52,679 bases of DNA from Candidatus Kaiserbacteria bacterium RIFCSPHIGHO2_02_FULL_55_25. Its GTDB lineage: Bacteria > Patescibacteriota > Minisyncoccia > Phycocordibacterales > UBA2100. Location of the stretch: positions 1 through 52,679 of the forward strand of contig MFLL01000010.1 of assembly GCA_001781335.1 (NCBI GenBank). Direction: 5' to 3'. The notes beneath the pieces were generated by a model. The model made no database searches, was not told where the DNA came from, and saw nothing but the letters and a program-made list of their open reading frames with translations. Below, one piece after another: positions 19,429-28,339 of the stretch; positions within the stretch are counted from its first letter, which is position 1, and the number at the start of each line of letters is the position of its first letter. The translations under genes were made by a program, and so were the position numbers.

Positions 19429-20526
19429 ATGAAGATAACAACAACAAAAGAAAAAATCCTAAATACGATTCTCATGGCGGAAAGGGTTACGGGGAAAAAA
19501 GAATCTCTCCCGATACTTGCTTGTATTCTTATCGAAGTAACAAAAGATATTATTCTCCGCGCAACAAATCTTGAGGCGGGTTTCGAGGCCACCATACCGG
19601 GCGAGGTTTCCGAGGAGGGAATTATCGCGGTGCCGGCGGCAATCCTCTCGCAAACAATACGCTCAATCGGCGGGGATAAGGTCACTTTTTCCACCGACGA
19701 CTCCAATCTCCTCGTGGAGTCACGAGGCACCAAGACACTCATAAAGGCGATTTCTCATGACGAGTTTCCTGCGCTGCCGAAAAGCGCGGGGAAGAATAAA
19801 ATATCTCTTTCACGAGAGAGACTTGTTCGCGGGGTACAGGCGGTCTCATACGCGGCCTCGCCGTCAATGATTCGTCCGGACCTCGGCTCCGTGTACCTCT
19901 CGATTAAGGACGGGGCGATGGTTTGTGTCGCGACGGATTCGTTCCGACTGGCCGAGAAGACAGTCTCCGAGAACGGTACCAAAGCCGAGGGTGACGTACT
20001 TATCCCGCTGAAGCACGCACTCGAGCTTGTCCATATCCTCGAGCATGTCACCGATGATTCGGTGTCGCTTGCCGCCGAGGAATCTCAACTTGCGGTTTCG
20101 GCCGGTGGTATGCGGTACGTATCTCGAGTGGTAGATGCCACATTCCCGAACTACAAAGAGATAATTCCGAAGAAGTTCACGACCGAGGCGACAGTACTCA
20201 AAGGTGACCTGACCGAGATGTTGCGCAAGGCGCGTGTGTTTGCCGGCGCCGACATGCACGTGGGTCTCCACATTTACCCGAAGAAGAAAATATTTTCCGC
20301 ACTTGCGCGCAGTTCTGATGTCGGGGAAATGTCCGACTCCATCGACGCGGCACTCTCCGGCGAGGACCTCGACATCAATTTCCATATCGGCTACATCGCC
20401 GATTGTTTGTCATCCATCGAGTCCGACTCCGTCACGCTCGGTTTTGCCGGCACCGGCAAACCGCTTGTCATCCGCGGCGTTTCCGACTCTTCTTTCTTGT
20501 ATCTCGTAATGCCGCTGAACCGGTAA
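19429..20526 (+). CDS. dnaN: DNA polymerase III beta clamp
   Basis: LPILACIL, ATNLE, VATDSFRLAEK, FPNYKEIIP, YLVMPL. Confidence 0.97.
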   Translation: MKITTTKEKILNTILMAERVTGKKESLPILACILIEVTKDIILRATNLEAGFEATIPGEVSEEGIIAVPAAILSQTIRSIGGDKVTFSTDDSNLLVESRGTKTLIKAISHDEFPALPKSAGKNKISLSRERLVRGVQAVSYAASPSMIRPDLGSVYLSIKDGAMVCVATDSFRLAEKTVSENGTKAEGDVLIPLKHALELVHILEHVTDDSVSLAAEESQLAVSAGGMRYVSRVVDATFPNYKEIIPKKFTTEATVLKGDLTEMLRKARVFAGADMHVGLHIYPKKKIFSALARSSDVGEMSDSIDAALSGEDLDINFHIGYIADCLSSIESDSVTLGFAGTGKPLVIRGVSDSSFLYLVMPLNR

Positions 20527-20534
20527 TTCCTAAT

Positions 20535-20930
20535 ATGCACACGCAAACCCTTTCCAGATTGTTGTTGTGGCTGATCGCGGCCATTGTCGTTTTGTCCGGA
20601 CTGAGCTTGACTGCTGACAACTGGTTGTGGCCCCACTGGGACGCATCACGGGGCGCGTGGGTGACGTCAACGAGCGATGCGTATTGGGATAATTCGATGG
20701 GGCGATGGCAGGCCGACAAGAGCGCGATGTTTTGGAATGAAGAACGCGGCGTGTGGATGTATGAAAGCGGTGTGTACTGGGACGGTTCTCGCAGTGTGTG
20801 GCTCGACTCTGCCGGCGACTACATCGATCCGAGTTTGAATCTATGGGTGAACGCGGCGCAAAACGCATACTGGGATTACCGAACTCGACAGTGGATTCCG
20901 CTAGCCACGGTTTCCGGTAGCGCACAGTGA
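20535..20930 (+). CDS. Exported Trp-rich repeat protein
   Basis: Signal/TM segment, then six aromatic-(W/I)-(D/N)-x5-W repeats of 15-16 aa. Confidence 0.75.
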   Translation: MHTQTLSRLLLWLIAAIVVLSGLSLTADNWLWPHWDASRGAWVTSTSDAYWDNSMGRWQADKSAMFWNEERGVWMYESGVYWDGSRSVWLDSAGDYIDPSLNLWVNAAQNAYWDYRTRQWIPLATVSGSAQ

Positions 20931-21283
20931 GTATGTCTGCCGACCTTCATGAGCTAACGCGGAAGATACTGGAATTCCGGGACGCGAGGAATTGGAAACA
21001 GTTTCACAACCCGAAAGATATGGCGCTCTCGCTTACCCTCGAAGCGGCGGAACTATTGGAACACTTTCAGTGGAAGAACGGTCAGGAGCTCGATAGACAT
21101 GTTAGCGAGAATCGAATGGCCATCGGTGAGGAACTGGCGGACGTTCTCTATTGGGTGTTGCTCATGAGTAAAGACATTAATGTTGATATCGTCGGAGCGT
21201 TTGAGAATAAAATGAAAAAGAATGCTGAAAAGTACCCGATAGAAAAAGCGCGTAATTCGAAGGAAAAATATTCTGAACTTTAG
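20927..21283 (+). CDS. MazG-like nucleotide pyrophosphohydrolase (dCTPase-like)
   Basis: FRDARNWKQFHNPKDMALSL..EAAELLEHFQW..EELADV..NAEKYP. Start may be the ATG at 20933. Confidence 0.9.
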   Translation: MSMSADLHELTRKILEFRDARNWKQFHNPKDMALSLTLEAAELLEHFQWKNGQELDRHVSENRMAIGEELADVLYWVLLMSKDINVDIVGAFENKMKKNAEKYPIEKARNSKEKYSEL

Positions 21284-21891
21284 GGTTTGAGGACTGAGTC
21301 GATTTTGTCTGTCACGATTTTCAGATGTTCCGGCGTATCAAAATCCAAGCCAGTGCGGTCAATTTCAATGCATGGGAAATCCAATGGCGCATGTGCCATA
21401 AACAGACGGTACGCGTTCTTAAGCTGTATCATTTGAGTTTCAAACTCTTTATCGAATGACCGACCGCCCATATCCGCGAAACGCCGACTTGTCTCTATGT
21501 CGGCCTCGAGATAAATAGCACATGCGGGACGGGGAAGCGCGGCGGCGTCTGCGTCGAATATTGACTGCATTACTCGCCGTTCAGCAGGTGTCGCGTTATA
21601 TACCTCTATCCACGGGGCATTGTTGAACCAGAATGTATCAATAAACACGAGCGGATGCGCTCCCGTCATTTTTTCTGCACAGAGATGATGTGCGACGGAA
21701 AGATCTCTGAAATACCGATATCGCTCAATAGGGTGTGTGTTCTTCTTTATATACGTGACGATATCTGCATCGGCAGTAGGCTCCTCCCATTCAAGCAAGT
21801 AAGGAGCGTGGTAGTGCTCCGCCAATTTTTTCACGAGGTATGATTTTCCTGTTCGTGTGCAACCAATAACGGCGACGATTTTACCCGCCAT
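21280..21891 (-). CDS. Deoxynucleoside kinase-like P-loop protein
   Basis: N-terminal VAVIGCTRTGKSYL, PRPACAIYLEAD segment, about 200 aa. Confidence 0.7.
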   Translation of the reverse strand: MAGKIVAVIGCTRTGKSYLVKKLAEHYHAPYLLEWEEPTADADIVTYIKKNTHPIERYRYFRDLSVAHHLCAEKMTGAHPLVFIDTFWFNNAPWIEVYNATPAERRVMQSIFDADAAALPRPACAIYLEADIETSRRFADMGGRSFDKEFETQMIQLKNAYRLFMAHAPLDFPCIEIDRTGLDFDTPEHLKIVTDKIDSVLKP

Positions 21892-21894
21892 AGG

Positions 21895-24327
21895 CTACTG
21901 AATCGTGAAGTTGATTTGCGTCGAATCGTTGCCGCCGGTTACGAGTGCCGCCATCGCCTGCAATATCGAAGGGCCGCGCGAAGCGGGGACGTAGGTGATG
22001 GTGTACGGCGGCTGCGTTGCCGTGCCGATTGGCGCGCCGTTGAGAAAGTATGTCATCTTAGAAACGCTTTGCGGATTCGGATGCGAAGCGCTCATTGTAA
22101 TGGAGGTGTTGGCGGGTACGTACGAGTTCGCTATGGGAGAGGTGATGACGAAGCCTTGAGTTGTGGGGGCTCCGCTCTGCGCAGTCGGTCCCGAAATATT
22201 TCCGACAAGAGTCTGTCCCGCGGCCCACTGCGCCACGGGATAATCCCACGCCGCGGTTTGCGGGTCGGTGAACGGATTCAGCGGCGGTGCGCCGCGTGGG
22301 TCGCTCTTGTTGACCCAGTAGAGGATGTCGTGCACACCCTGCGCAGGGCGGCTGTTCCAGTTGCCCGTGAGCACCGGCGGCAGGGAAGACTGTGCGGGGT
22401 CAGGAGAAGGCGGCGGAAAGTCACCGGACGGATATTTCTCAAGTGCGTAGACCATGAACTCGTGCCACATCGGTGCGATAATAAACGCCGCTATTTTTTT
22501 TGCCATCGGAGAGTTGTCGTTGTTGCCCGCCCACGCTCCCACCGAGATGCCGGGTGTGTAGCCCAGTATCCAGACGTCGCGGAAATCGTTGGTCGTACCG
22601 GTCTTGTCGGCGACTTTGTAGCCGTCGAAGTGGAGCGGCGAATCCGCGCCGAACTCCGGCGTTCGGGCGACGTTGTCGGAGAGAATGTCGTTTATCTCGC
22701 GGGCGATTTGCGGCTCGATTACGCGCGTCGCCGTGTTTTGATATTCTTCAAGCAAATTTCCTTTGCCGTCCTCCACCCGCAAAATGCCGGTCGGCGGATT
22801 GCGTACGCCGTCATTCGCAAAGACGCTGTATGCGCCGGTCATTTCGAGAAGGGTCACTTCACCGCCACCGAGTACGAGCGTGAGTCCGTAGCGCGCGGCG
22901 TCGCTAAGTGTGGTGATGCCGAGTGACTGAGCGGTGGAAATGGCGTCCTGAATACCCGAGAGATACAGTGTCTTGACCGCGACGACGTTTATAGACTGTG
23001 CGAGAGCGTTGCGCAGGGTCATCGGACCCTTGAAGTTGCCGTCAAAGTTTGAAGGTGAGTAGCAGGGCGGCGTGTTGTTGAGGTTGTCAGTCGGCGCACA
23101 CGCAGTCGAAAATTGTGTCGGCAGGTCGAAGAGGACGGTCTCCGGCGTATACCCCCTTTCAAGCGCGGTCGCGTAGACGAACGGCTTGAACGATGAGCCC
23201 GGCTGGCGGTGACTCGTCGCGATGTTGACCTTGCCATCGATGGTGTCGTCGAAGTAGCCGCGCGAGCCGACCATCGTGAGTATCTGACCGCTCGTCGGGT
23301 CGATAGCCACGAGCCCTTCGTTGGTCGCGTTGAAATTCTGCTGCATCTGCGGCGCCCACTTTGAAACAATATCCTCTGCTTTTTGCTGGAGATTATAGTC
23401 GAGCGTAGTGATGACACGCAAGCCGCCCTGCGCGACCACATCCGCGCCGTACTTCTGTTCGAGGTATTCGCGGACGTAGAAAACAAAATGCGGCGCCTTG
23501 ATACCCACCTCTCTCCCGTCACGGAACTGGACCTGCTCGGCGACGGCCTGCGAGTATTGCGCATCGGTGATGACGCCGAGCGACTTCATGCGGGAGAGCA
23601 CGAATTTGGCGCGCGCGTCGAGGGCGGCGCGGTGAGAGCCGTAGGGCGAGAAGTAGGTGGGTGCCTGCGGAAGCGCGGCGAGATAGCTCGCTTGTGCGAG
23701 GTCTACGTCTTTGGCGTCGATGCCGAAAAAGTACTGACTCGCCTCCTGCACACCGTAGATGGTACCGCCATACGGCGTCTCGTTGAGGTACGTCTCAAGA
23801 ATTTTCTCTTTCGGGTACGTTCTGGTGAGGCGCAGGGCGAGTATAATCTCTTCGATTTTTCGCGCGATGGTTTTGTTCTGTGTAAGCAGCGCGTTTTTTA
23901 CCACTTGCTGCGTGATGGTCGAACCTCCCTGCGTGTACGAACCCGTCATGATGTTTACAATGGCTGCGCGGGCGAAAGAGACCGGACGGAAACCGGCATT
24001 TGTATAAAACGTGTCGTCTTCGGTCGCGATTGCCGCTTTTTGAATGAACGGACTTATCTGGTCGAGCGTGACCGACGTGCGGCGCACGGAGCCGTGGACG
24101 TCGTAGAGGACAATGTTGCCCGTCCGGTCGTATATCTTGGTGCTCTGTGAGACCTGCCGGTTCTCGAAGTTTTCTATCGACGGGATGGGGGTAAACAGCG
24201 CCCACACAATGATGCCGCCGACCCCGAAAAAGAAGAGACCCGCCGCGGCGGCGACAGTGAGGCGCATCCACTCGGGGACACGGCTGAACAAACGGCGCGT
24301 ACGCCGGGACCTGCGAGACTCGCTCAT
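21895..24327 (-). CDS. Class A penicillin-binding protein with C-terminal Ig-like domain
   Basis: Transglycosylase TEDDTF, QGGSTITQQVVKN, RKIEE; transpeptidase GSSFK, SIN, KTGT. Confidence 0.95.
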   Translation of the reverse strand: MSESRRSRRTRRLFSRVPEWMRLTVAAAAGLFFFGVGGIIVWALFTPIPSIENFENRQVSQSTKIYDRTGNIVLYDVHGSVRRTSVTLDQISPFIQKAAIATEDDTFYTNAGFRPVSFARAAIVNIMTGSYTQGGSTITQQVVKNALLTQNKTIARKIEEIILALRLTRTYPKEKILETYLNETPYGGTIYGVQEASQYFFGIDAKDVDLAQASYLAALPQAPTYFSPYGSHRAALDARAKFVLSRMKSLGVITDAQYSQAVAEQVQFRDGREVGIKAPHFVFYVREYLEQKYGADVVAQGGLRVITTLDYNLQQKAEDIVSKWAPQMQQNFNATNEGLVAIDPTSGQILTMVGSRGYFDDTIDGKVNIATSHRQPGSSFKPFVYATALERGYTPETVLFDLPTQFSTACAPTDNLNNTPPCYSPSNFDGNFKGPMTLRNALAQSINVVAVKTLYLSGIQDAISTAQSLGITTLSDAARYGLTLVLGGGEVTLLEMTGAYSVFANDGVRNPPTGILRVEDGKGNLLEEYQNTATRVIEPQIAREINDILSDNVARTPEFGADSPLHFDGYKVADKTGTTNDFRDVWILGYTPGISVGAWAGNNDNSPMAKKIAAFIIAPMWHEFMVYALEKYPSGDFPPPSPDPAQSSLPPVLTGNWNSRPAQGVHDILYWVNKSDPRGAPPLNPFTDPQTAAWDYPVAQWAAGQTLVGNISGPTAQSGAPTTQGFVITSPIANSYVPANTSITMSASHPNPQSVSKMTYFLNGAPIGTATQPPYTITYVPASRGPSILQAMAALVTGGNDSTQINFTIQ

Positions 24328-24333
24328 TGGAGT

Positions 24334-24843
24334 CTATAGTACCGTTTTTTGTGCCTTGCGGCGAGCGGCAGTCGAGCGCGCGAGAGCGAGGTGGGTGACG
24401 CCGATGGCTATCGCATCATACTCGTCATCGCGCTTGATTACCTTGCCGATCTTCACGAGTGCGTGCAACATTTTGGCGACCTGCGTCTTGTCGGCGGAGC
24501 CCGAGCCTGCCGCCGCGCTTTTCACTTCTCCCGGCGAGTACTCAAATACCGGTATTGCGGTAGAGCCAGCGAGACTAAGTATCGCGCCGCGCACCTCAGC
24601 GACCCGCATTGCCGTCTTCTGATTTTTCGCGAAAAACAATTTTTCCATCGCGATGCAGTCCGGCGCGTGCGCGCTCACCAGCGTCTCGCATGCGAGGACC
24701 ACCTGCCGGAGCCGCGTGGCGAACCCGTCCTCGGCTGACGTCTCGATGCAGTCCGAATAGATGAGTACGTCTTTTGCCCCGTTACGCTCTACTATGGCGA
24801 CCCCGCAGCGTCCGTATCCGGGGTCTATAGCGAGAACTCTCAT
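24334..24843 (-). CDS. ruvC: Holliday junction resolvase RuvC
   Basis: MRVLAIDPG, MEKLFF, AEVRG, GSADKTQV, DDEYDAIAI; TATACT 6 nt before ATG 24843. Confidence 0.95.
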   Translation of the reverse strand: MRVLAIDPGYGRCGVAIVERNGAKDVLIYSDCIETSAEDGFATRLRQVVLACETLVSAHAPDCIAMEKLFFAKNQKTAMRVAEVRGAILSLAGSTAIPVFEYSPGEVKSAAAGSGSADKTQVAKMLHALVKIGKVIKRDDEYDAIAIGVTHLALARSTAARRKAQKTVL

Positions 24844-25006
24844 GCTCAAAGTATATCCCAAAGAAAAAGGCGGCGGATGTGTTACGGCCCGTCGGATACT
24901 CGGAGTCGGAACACCCCATCGGCTACAGCTCGAAGTCTTTCGGCACGTATAAGCCATGTTCCGTCGCCTATTGGTAACACTGCCTTCTTGCCCGCCAACC
25001 CAAAAT

Positions 25007-25039
25007 CCCTATACTTAGGTCTATGACTAAGTATTGGAA
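25007..25039. promoter_or_regulatory. Palindromic operator overlapping the ArsR start codon
   Basis: ATACTTAG-gtctatga-CTAAGTAT spanning ATG 25023. Confidence 0.7.
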
Positions 25040-25436
25040 CCCTCGTCGGATTAAACGCATCAAAGACCGGAAACTACGCGCGGCAAAACGCGCCTCAGAA
25101 AATGCCGCGATTCTTAGAGAACGTGCTCGTTCTTATACACCGGGTGATGCGCGGAAGAACGCCGGACTCATGCTAGACGCACTCGGTTTGCCGTTGAGAC
25201 GCCGGATGCTTGCACGACTAAGGCGAGAGGGCACCATGTCGGTTTCCAAGTTGGTCGAACCTTTCCGGATTACGCTTCCATCAGCACTCGAACATGTCCG
25301 CGTTCTCGAACGATCCGGTATCATTACGACGCATAAACACGGCCGTGTCAGGCTTTGCGTCTACCGGCCGGAAGCCCTAAAAGAACTCGCTCGCGAGCTC
25401 ACTTCTCGGGGATTAGAATATAATCCCAATACTTAG
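25023..25436 (+). CDS. ArsR/SmtB-family transcriptional regulator
   Basis: ALGLPLRRRML..MSVSKLVEPF..HVRVLERSGII..GRVR winged HTH. Confidence 0.88.
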   Translation: MTKYWNPRRIKRIKDRKLRAAKRASENAAILRERARSYTPGDARKNAGLMLDALGLPLRRRMLARLRREGTMSVSKLVEPFRITLPSALEHVRVLERSGIITTHKHGRVRLCVYRPEALKELARELTSRGLEYNPNT

Positions 25437-25458
25437 GTTTGTACCTAAGTATTGGGAT
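25423..25458. promoter_or_regulatory. Second copy of the operator palindrome at the ArsR stop
   Basis: Perfect 16-bp inverted repeat ATCCCAATACTTAGGT-ttgt-ACCTAAGTATTGGGAT. Confidence 0.7.
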
Positions 25459-25553
25459 AGGAACAACTCGGTTTTAGGGAAATTTTAGGGAAGGGCGCGT
25501 CCCTCAAAAAAGGGCGCGCGTCGGGTACCATCGGGAGGTGGTACGATAGCGGT

Positions 25554-26051
25554 ATGAAGCCAACGACTTTGCGGAGCGCGCTTTTCCTGCGCAACCTTAT
25601 CTTTGGCGTCGAGGACGGGCTCGTCTCCACGGTGGGTCTGCTCTCCGGCATCGCCATCGCCGGCGTGGACCGCGAAACCATTTTTCTCACGGGGGTGGTA
25701 CTTATTTTTGTAGAGGCGTTCTCGATGGCCGCCGGCAGTTTCCTCTCGGAGGCGTCAGTCGAAGAAATGGGCGGGGGAGTTGACGATACCCGCGGTTCGG
25801 TTGCGGCGGGGGCGGTCATGTTTTTCTCATACTTCGCGGCGGGCATCATCCCGCTCTTTCCGTACATCTTCTTCAGCGTCGCGACGGCATTCGCCACGTC
25901 GGTCGGGTGCTCTATTCTCGCGCTATTTATACTCGGATATTGGAGCGGGAGGGAAACGAAGGCCGTCTGGCGCAAATCGTTGCGGATGGGACTCGTCGGC
26001 GGTCTTGCAATAGTAGTGGGCGCGCTCGCGGGCACGTTTGTGCACTTGTAG
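25554..26051 (+). CDS. VIT1/CCC1-family transporter
   Basis: LRNLIFGVEDGLVST, FSMAAGSFLS, AGIIPLFPY; five hydrophobic segments. Confidence 0.9.
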   Translation: MKPTTLRSALFLRNLIFGVEDGLVSTVGLLSGIAIAGVDRETIFLTGVVLIFVEAFSMAAGSFLSEASVEEMGGGVDDTRGSVAAGAVMFFSYFAAGIIPLFPYIFFSVATAFATSVGCSILALFILGYWSGRETKAVWRKSLRMGLVGGLAIVVGALAGTFVHL

Positions 26052-26090
26052 GGAGTGTCGCTTTTTTGACGTTGACGGCAATAAAGAATG

Positions 26091-26116
26091 CGGGCCGCCC
26101 TGTGAGGGGCGGCCCG
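26091..26116. terminator. GC-rich hairpin between convergent genes
   Basis: CGGGCCGCCCT-gtga-GGGGCGGCCCG. Confidence 0.7.
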
Positions 26117-26123
26117 TCGTTTA

Positions 26124-26864
26124 CTAATGTGCGAAGGCGATGCCGTTGCGCAGTTTGCGTCTGATTTCCCAGAGCACAAGAATTATCGCCTTGCGAAGCT
26201 TCTCGAGTCCGTGTCGGTGCAGGAGCGGTAGCACGAACTGGATAACGTCGTCGATTTTTCGTCCGAGCCTTTTTGCGCTGCGTTTCCACAGAGTCAAAAG
26301 GTTGTCGAGCACGTCCACACCCTTGTTCTCGACATCTTCCTTCGACGCGAGACCAAGTAGGCGATAGAACTCACGCTCGCTATCTCGCTTCGACATGCCT
26401 CGCTTTTGCACGGGTTTTGTCATGTGGCGGACGCGGTTCTCCGTGTCGCCACCGAATCGTGCGCCGATGCGCTCGAGTGTCCACTTCTTCCGGAATGTCT
26501 CCGACAGGTCGTGGAGAAATTCGCCGGCGATGCGACATGGGTCGCGCGCGCCACAGAATATCCAGAGAATCAGTGCGCAGCGGAAGGCGTGCCTGAATTC
26601 ACGCTCACCGCTGTGCCGGCGCCGGTCGCCCATCTCGCGCTTGGCAGTATCGTGCGCATCGAGAATGTGCTTGTACCCATAGCTACCCGGGACGTGCTCA
26701 CTCTGAATCAACGCGATGAGCCCTTCACGGTCGGTGATGACACCGAGAAAACTCAATTCATCACGCAACTGTTCCGGCATATTCATCTGATTGACGATAG
26801 TGCGGGCCTGCGGCCCGTACTTCCGATAGCGGGCGCTTCTCACGCCCGCACTTAAGCGGGGCAT
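26124..26864 (-). CDS. HD-domain protein resembling RelA/SpoT hydrolase domain (divergent)
   Basis: RRHSGEREFRH, FLHDLSET, RFGGDTENRVRHMTK, KGVDVLDNL; GGGAGG upstream of ATG. Confidence 0.75.
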   Translation of the reverse strand: MPRLSAGVRSARYRKYGPQARTIVNQMNMPEQLRDELSFLGVITDREGLIALIQSEHVPGSYGYKHILDAHDTAKREMGDRRRHSGEREFRHAFRCALILWIFCGARDPCRIAGEFLHDLSETFRKKWTLERIGARFGGDTENRVRHMTKPVQKRGMSKRDSEREFYRLLGLASKEDVENKGVDVLDNLLTLWKRSAKRLGRKIDDVIQFVLPLLHRHGLEKLRKAIILVLWEIRRKLRNGIAFAH

Positions 26865-26929
26865 GAGAGCCTCCCTAACACTCGTTAAACTGCAGCGACC
26901 ATATCATCGCTGCTCACACGAGGCAAGAA

Positions 26930-27463
26930 CTAGGCGGCGTTGGTGTAGACGTTTTCCACATCGTCATGCGCGTCGATTTTTTCGAGAACTTCCATGAGCT
27001 TCGCACTATCTGTGTCGGAGAGCGGTACGGTCGTCTTGGGCACGTAGCCCTCCTCGATACTTTTTTCAAATGCCCACATGGCCGAGCCCGGCGCGGCGAG
27101 TGTGAGACCGTTTTCAGTAAGTAAGTGTTTTATTTCCTGCGCCGTTCTGTTGCGGCTATCAGTGAGTGCTTCAATGAGAATGGCCGCGCCACCCGGCCCG
27201 TATGTTTCGTAGGTGATTGATTCGAGCGATGCCGCATCGGCCGAAATGCCTTTTGCGACGGCGCGCTCGATAGTGTCTTTGGGCATGTTGGTTTTCTTGG
27301 CGGTCTCGATGATGGCGCGAAGTCCGGGAAGGGTGATGTCTCCGCCGGCTTTCTTGCTCTCTACTGCGATGCGCCGCCCGAGTTTGCCCCAGAGATTGCT
27401 CTTGGCCGCGTCGGCCGCACCTTTCTGTCGTTTGATTTGCGCCCATTTGTTGTGACCTGACAT
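26930..27463 (-). CDS. yebC: YebC/PmpR family protein (short form)
   Basis: MSGHNKWAQIKRQKG, YETYGPGG, TDSRNRT, DDVENVYTN. Confidence 0.95.
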   Translation of the reverse strand: MSGHNKWAQIKRQKGAADAAKSNLWGKLGRRIAVESKKAGGDITLPGLRAIIETAKKTNMPKDTIERAVAKGISADAASLESITYETYGPGGAAILIEALTDSRNRTAQEIKHLLTENGLTLAAPGSAMWAFEKSIEEGYVPKTTVPLSDTDSAKLMEVLEKIDAHDDVENVYTNAA

Positions 27464-27557
27464 TTGAACAGTTTATAGTTTTTAGTTGATAGTGGATAGG
27501 GGATGTACAAAACGAATCAGCGGCTCCGTGAAGCCGCTGATAACAAGTCTGAACAAC

Positions 27558-27950
27558 TTATGCCGTGGCGATGTTGACGCCGGGAGAGTTCGCATCCCAC
27601 ACCGCGAGCACGCTCTTGCTGAACTCGCTCTTGGGCGAGCGTGCCAGTGCGTGTTTGACCGCCTCATCCCAATCCTCCACCGTACCCGGCCGGATGTTGA
27701 GGTAGAGAGCGAGCCAGTCGACCGAGGACCGCAGCTTCCGGTGACGACGGGTGATATGGATGACGCCCTGTTGCAGCAAGAAATTCGGTTTGCACCCATC
27801 CGTGCCCGACAGGTGCGAGCGCGTGAGTTTCATCCGGTGGATCAAATCGTCCTCGATTCTCTTGAGCACAATCTTTTGCGTGCGGGTCAATTCCTGCAAC
27901 GCGTCCTCGTGCCGCCGGTTTGCGGTGGAGAGAGAGGTGGTGTCACTCAT
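27558..27950 (-). CDS. Hypothetical protein
   Basis: 130 aa ORF with AGGAGG upstream of ATG. Confidence 0.65.
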   Translation of the reverse strand: MSDTTSLSTANRRHEDALQELTRTQKIVLKRIEDDLIHRMKLTRSHLSGTDGCKPNFLLQQGVIHITRRHRKLRSSVDWLALYLNIRPGTVEDWDEAVKHALARSPKSEFSKSVLAVWDANSPGVNIATA

Positions 27951-28016
27951 CTTCGCATTCCTCCTGAAGCTACAGGCATCCTATACATCAGTTTCAAGTC
28001 ATGCAACATATGCACT

Positions 28017-28073
28017 TTTTGCACACCCTTTATGCACATAGTTATCCACCTACTTATACAGCGGTTTTCCACT
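28017..28073 (+). promoter_or_regulatory. Cluster of DnaA-box-like 9-mers
   Basis: TTTTGCACA 28017, TTATGCACA 28030, TTATCCACC 28042, TTATACAGC 28054, TTTTCCACT 28065. Confidence 0.55.
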
Positions 28074-28085
28074 GAAACGCGATAG

Positions 28086-28339
28086 TTGCGTTCATCGGTG
28101 ATTCAAACGGAAGTTTTATACTCTACGGACTGATGCGCTTTACCGTGCGTCGGTCGTTCTCAAGGGGGCGGTGGCAACATCGAGAATCCCGGAAAACAGT
28201 TCCCAGAGTATATCGGAGCGTACGTTCCGAGACAGTGCGGGAATCGTCGGCTAGAGCACAGAGGTGTCGGGCGCGCAGCGAGGAGATCATATCGATTTGC
28301 TCCGGACCTAGCACTTACTCGAAATAGCCGTGAACGCAA
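28086..28339 (+). ncRNA. Candidate large structured non-coding RNA (family not recognised)
   Basis: Closing stem TTGCGTTCA/TGAACGCAA, several nested helices with G-U pairs on the plus strand, GCAA tetraloop, followed by a terminator. Confidence 0.6.

Noticed and set aside
25007..25458. dif/Xer sites or integron attC
   Set aside because: No match to XerC/D arms or attC core sites and no recombinase nearby; an ArsR operator is the simpler explanation.
28086..28339. Assignment as tmRNA, RNase P RNA, SRP RNA or a known riboswitch
   Set aside because: No tRNA-like ends, no GAGGAAAGTCC, no SRP domain IV motif and no riboswitch consensus recognised by eye; left unassigned pending Rfam.
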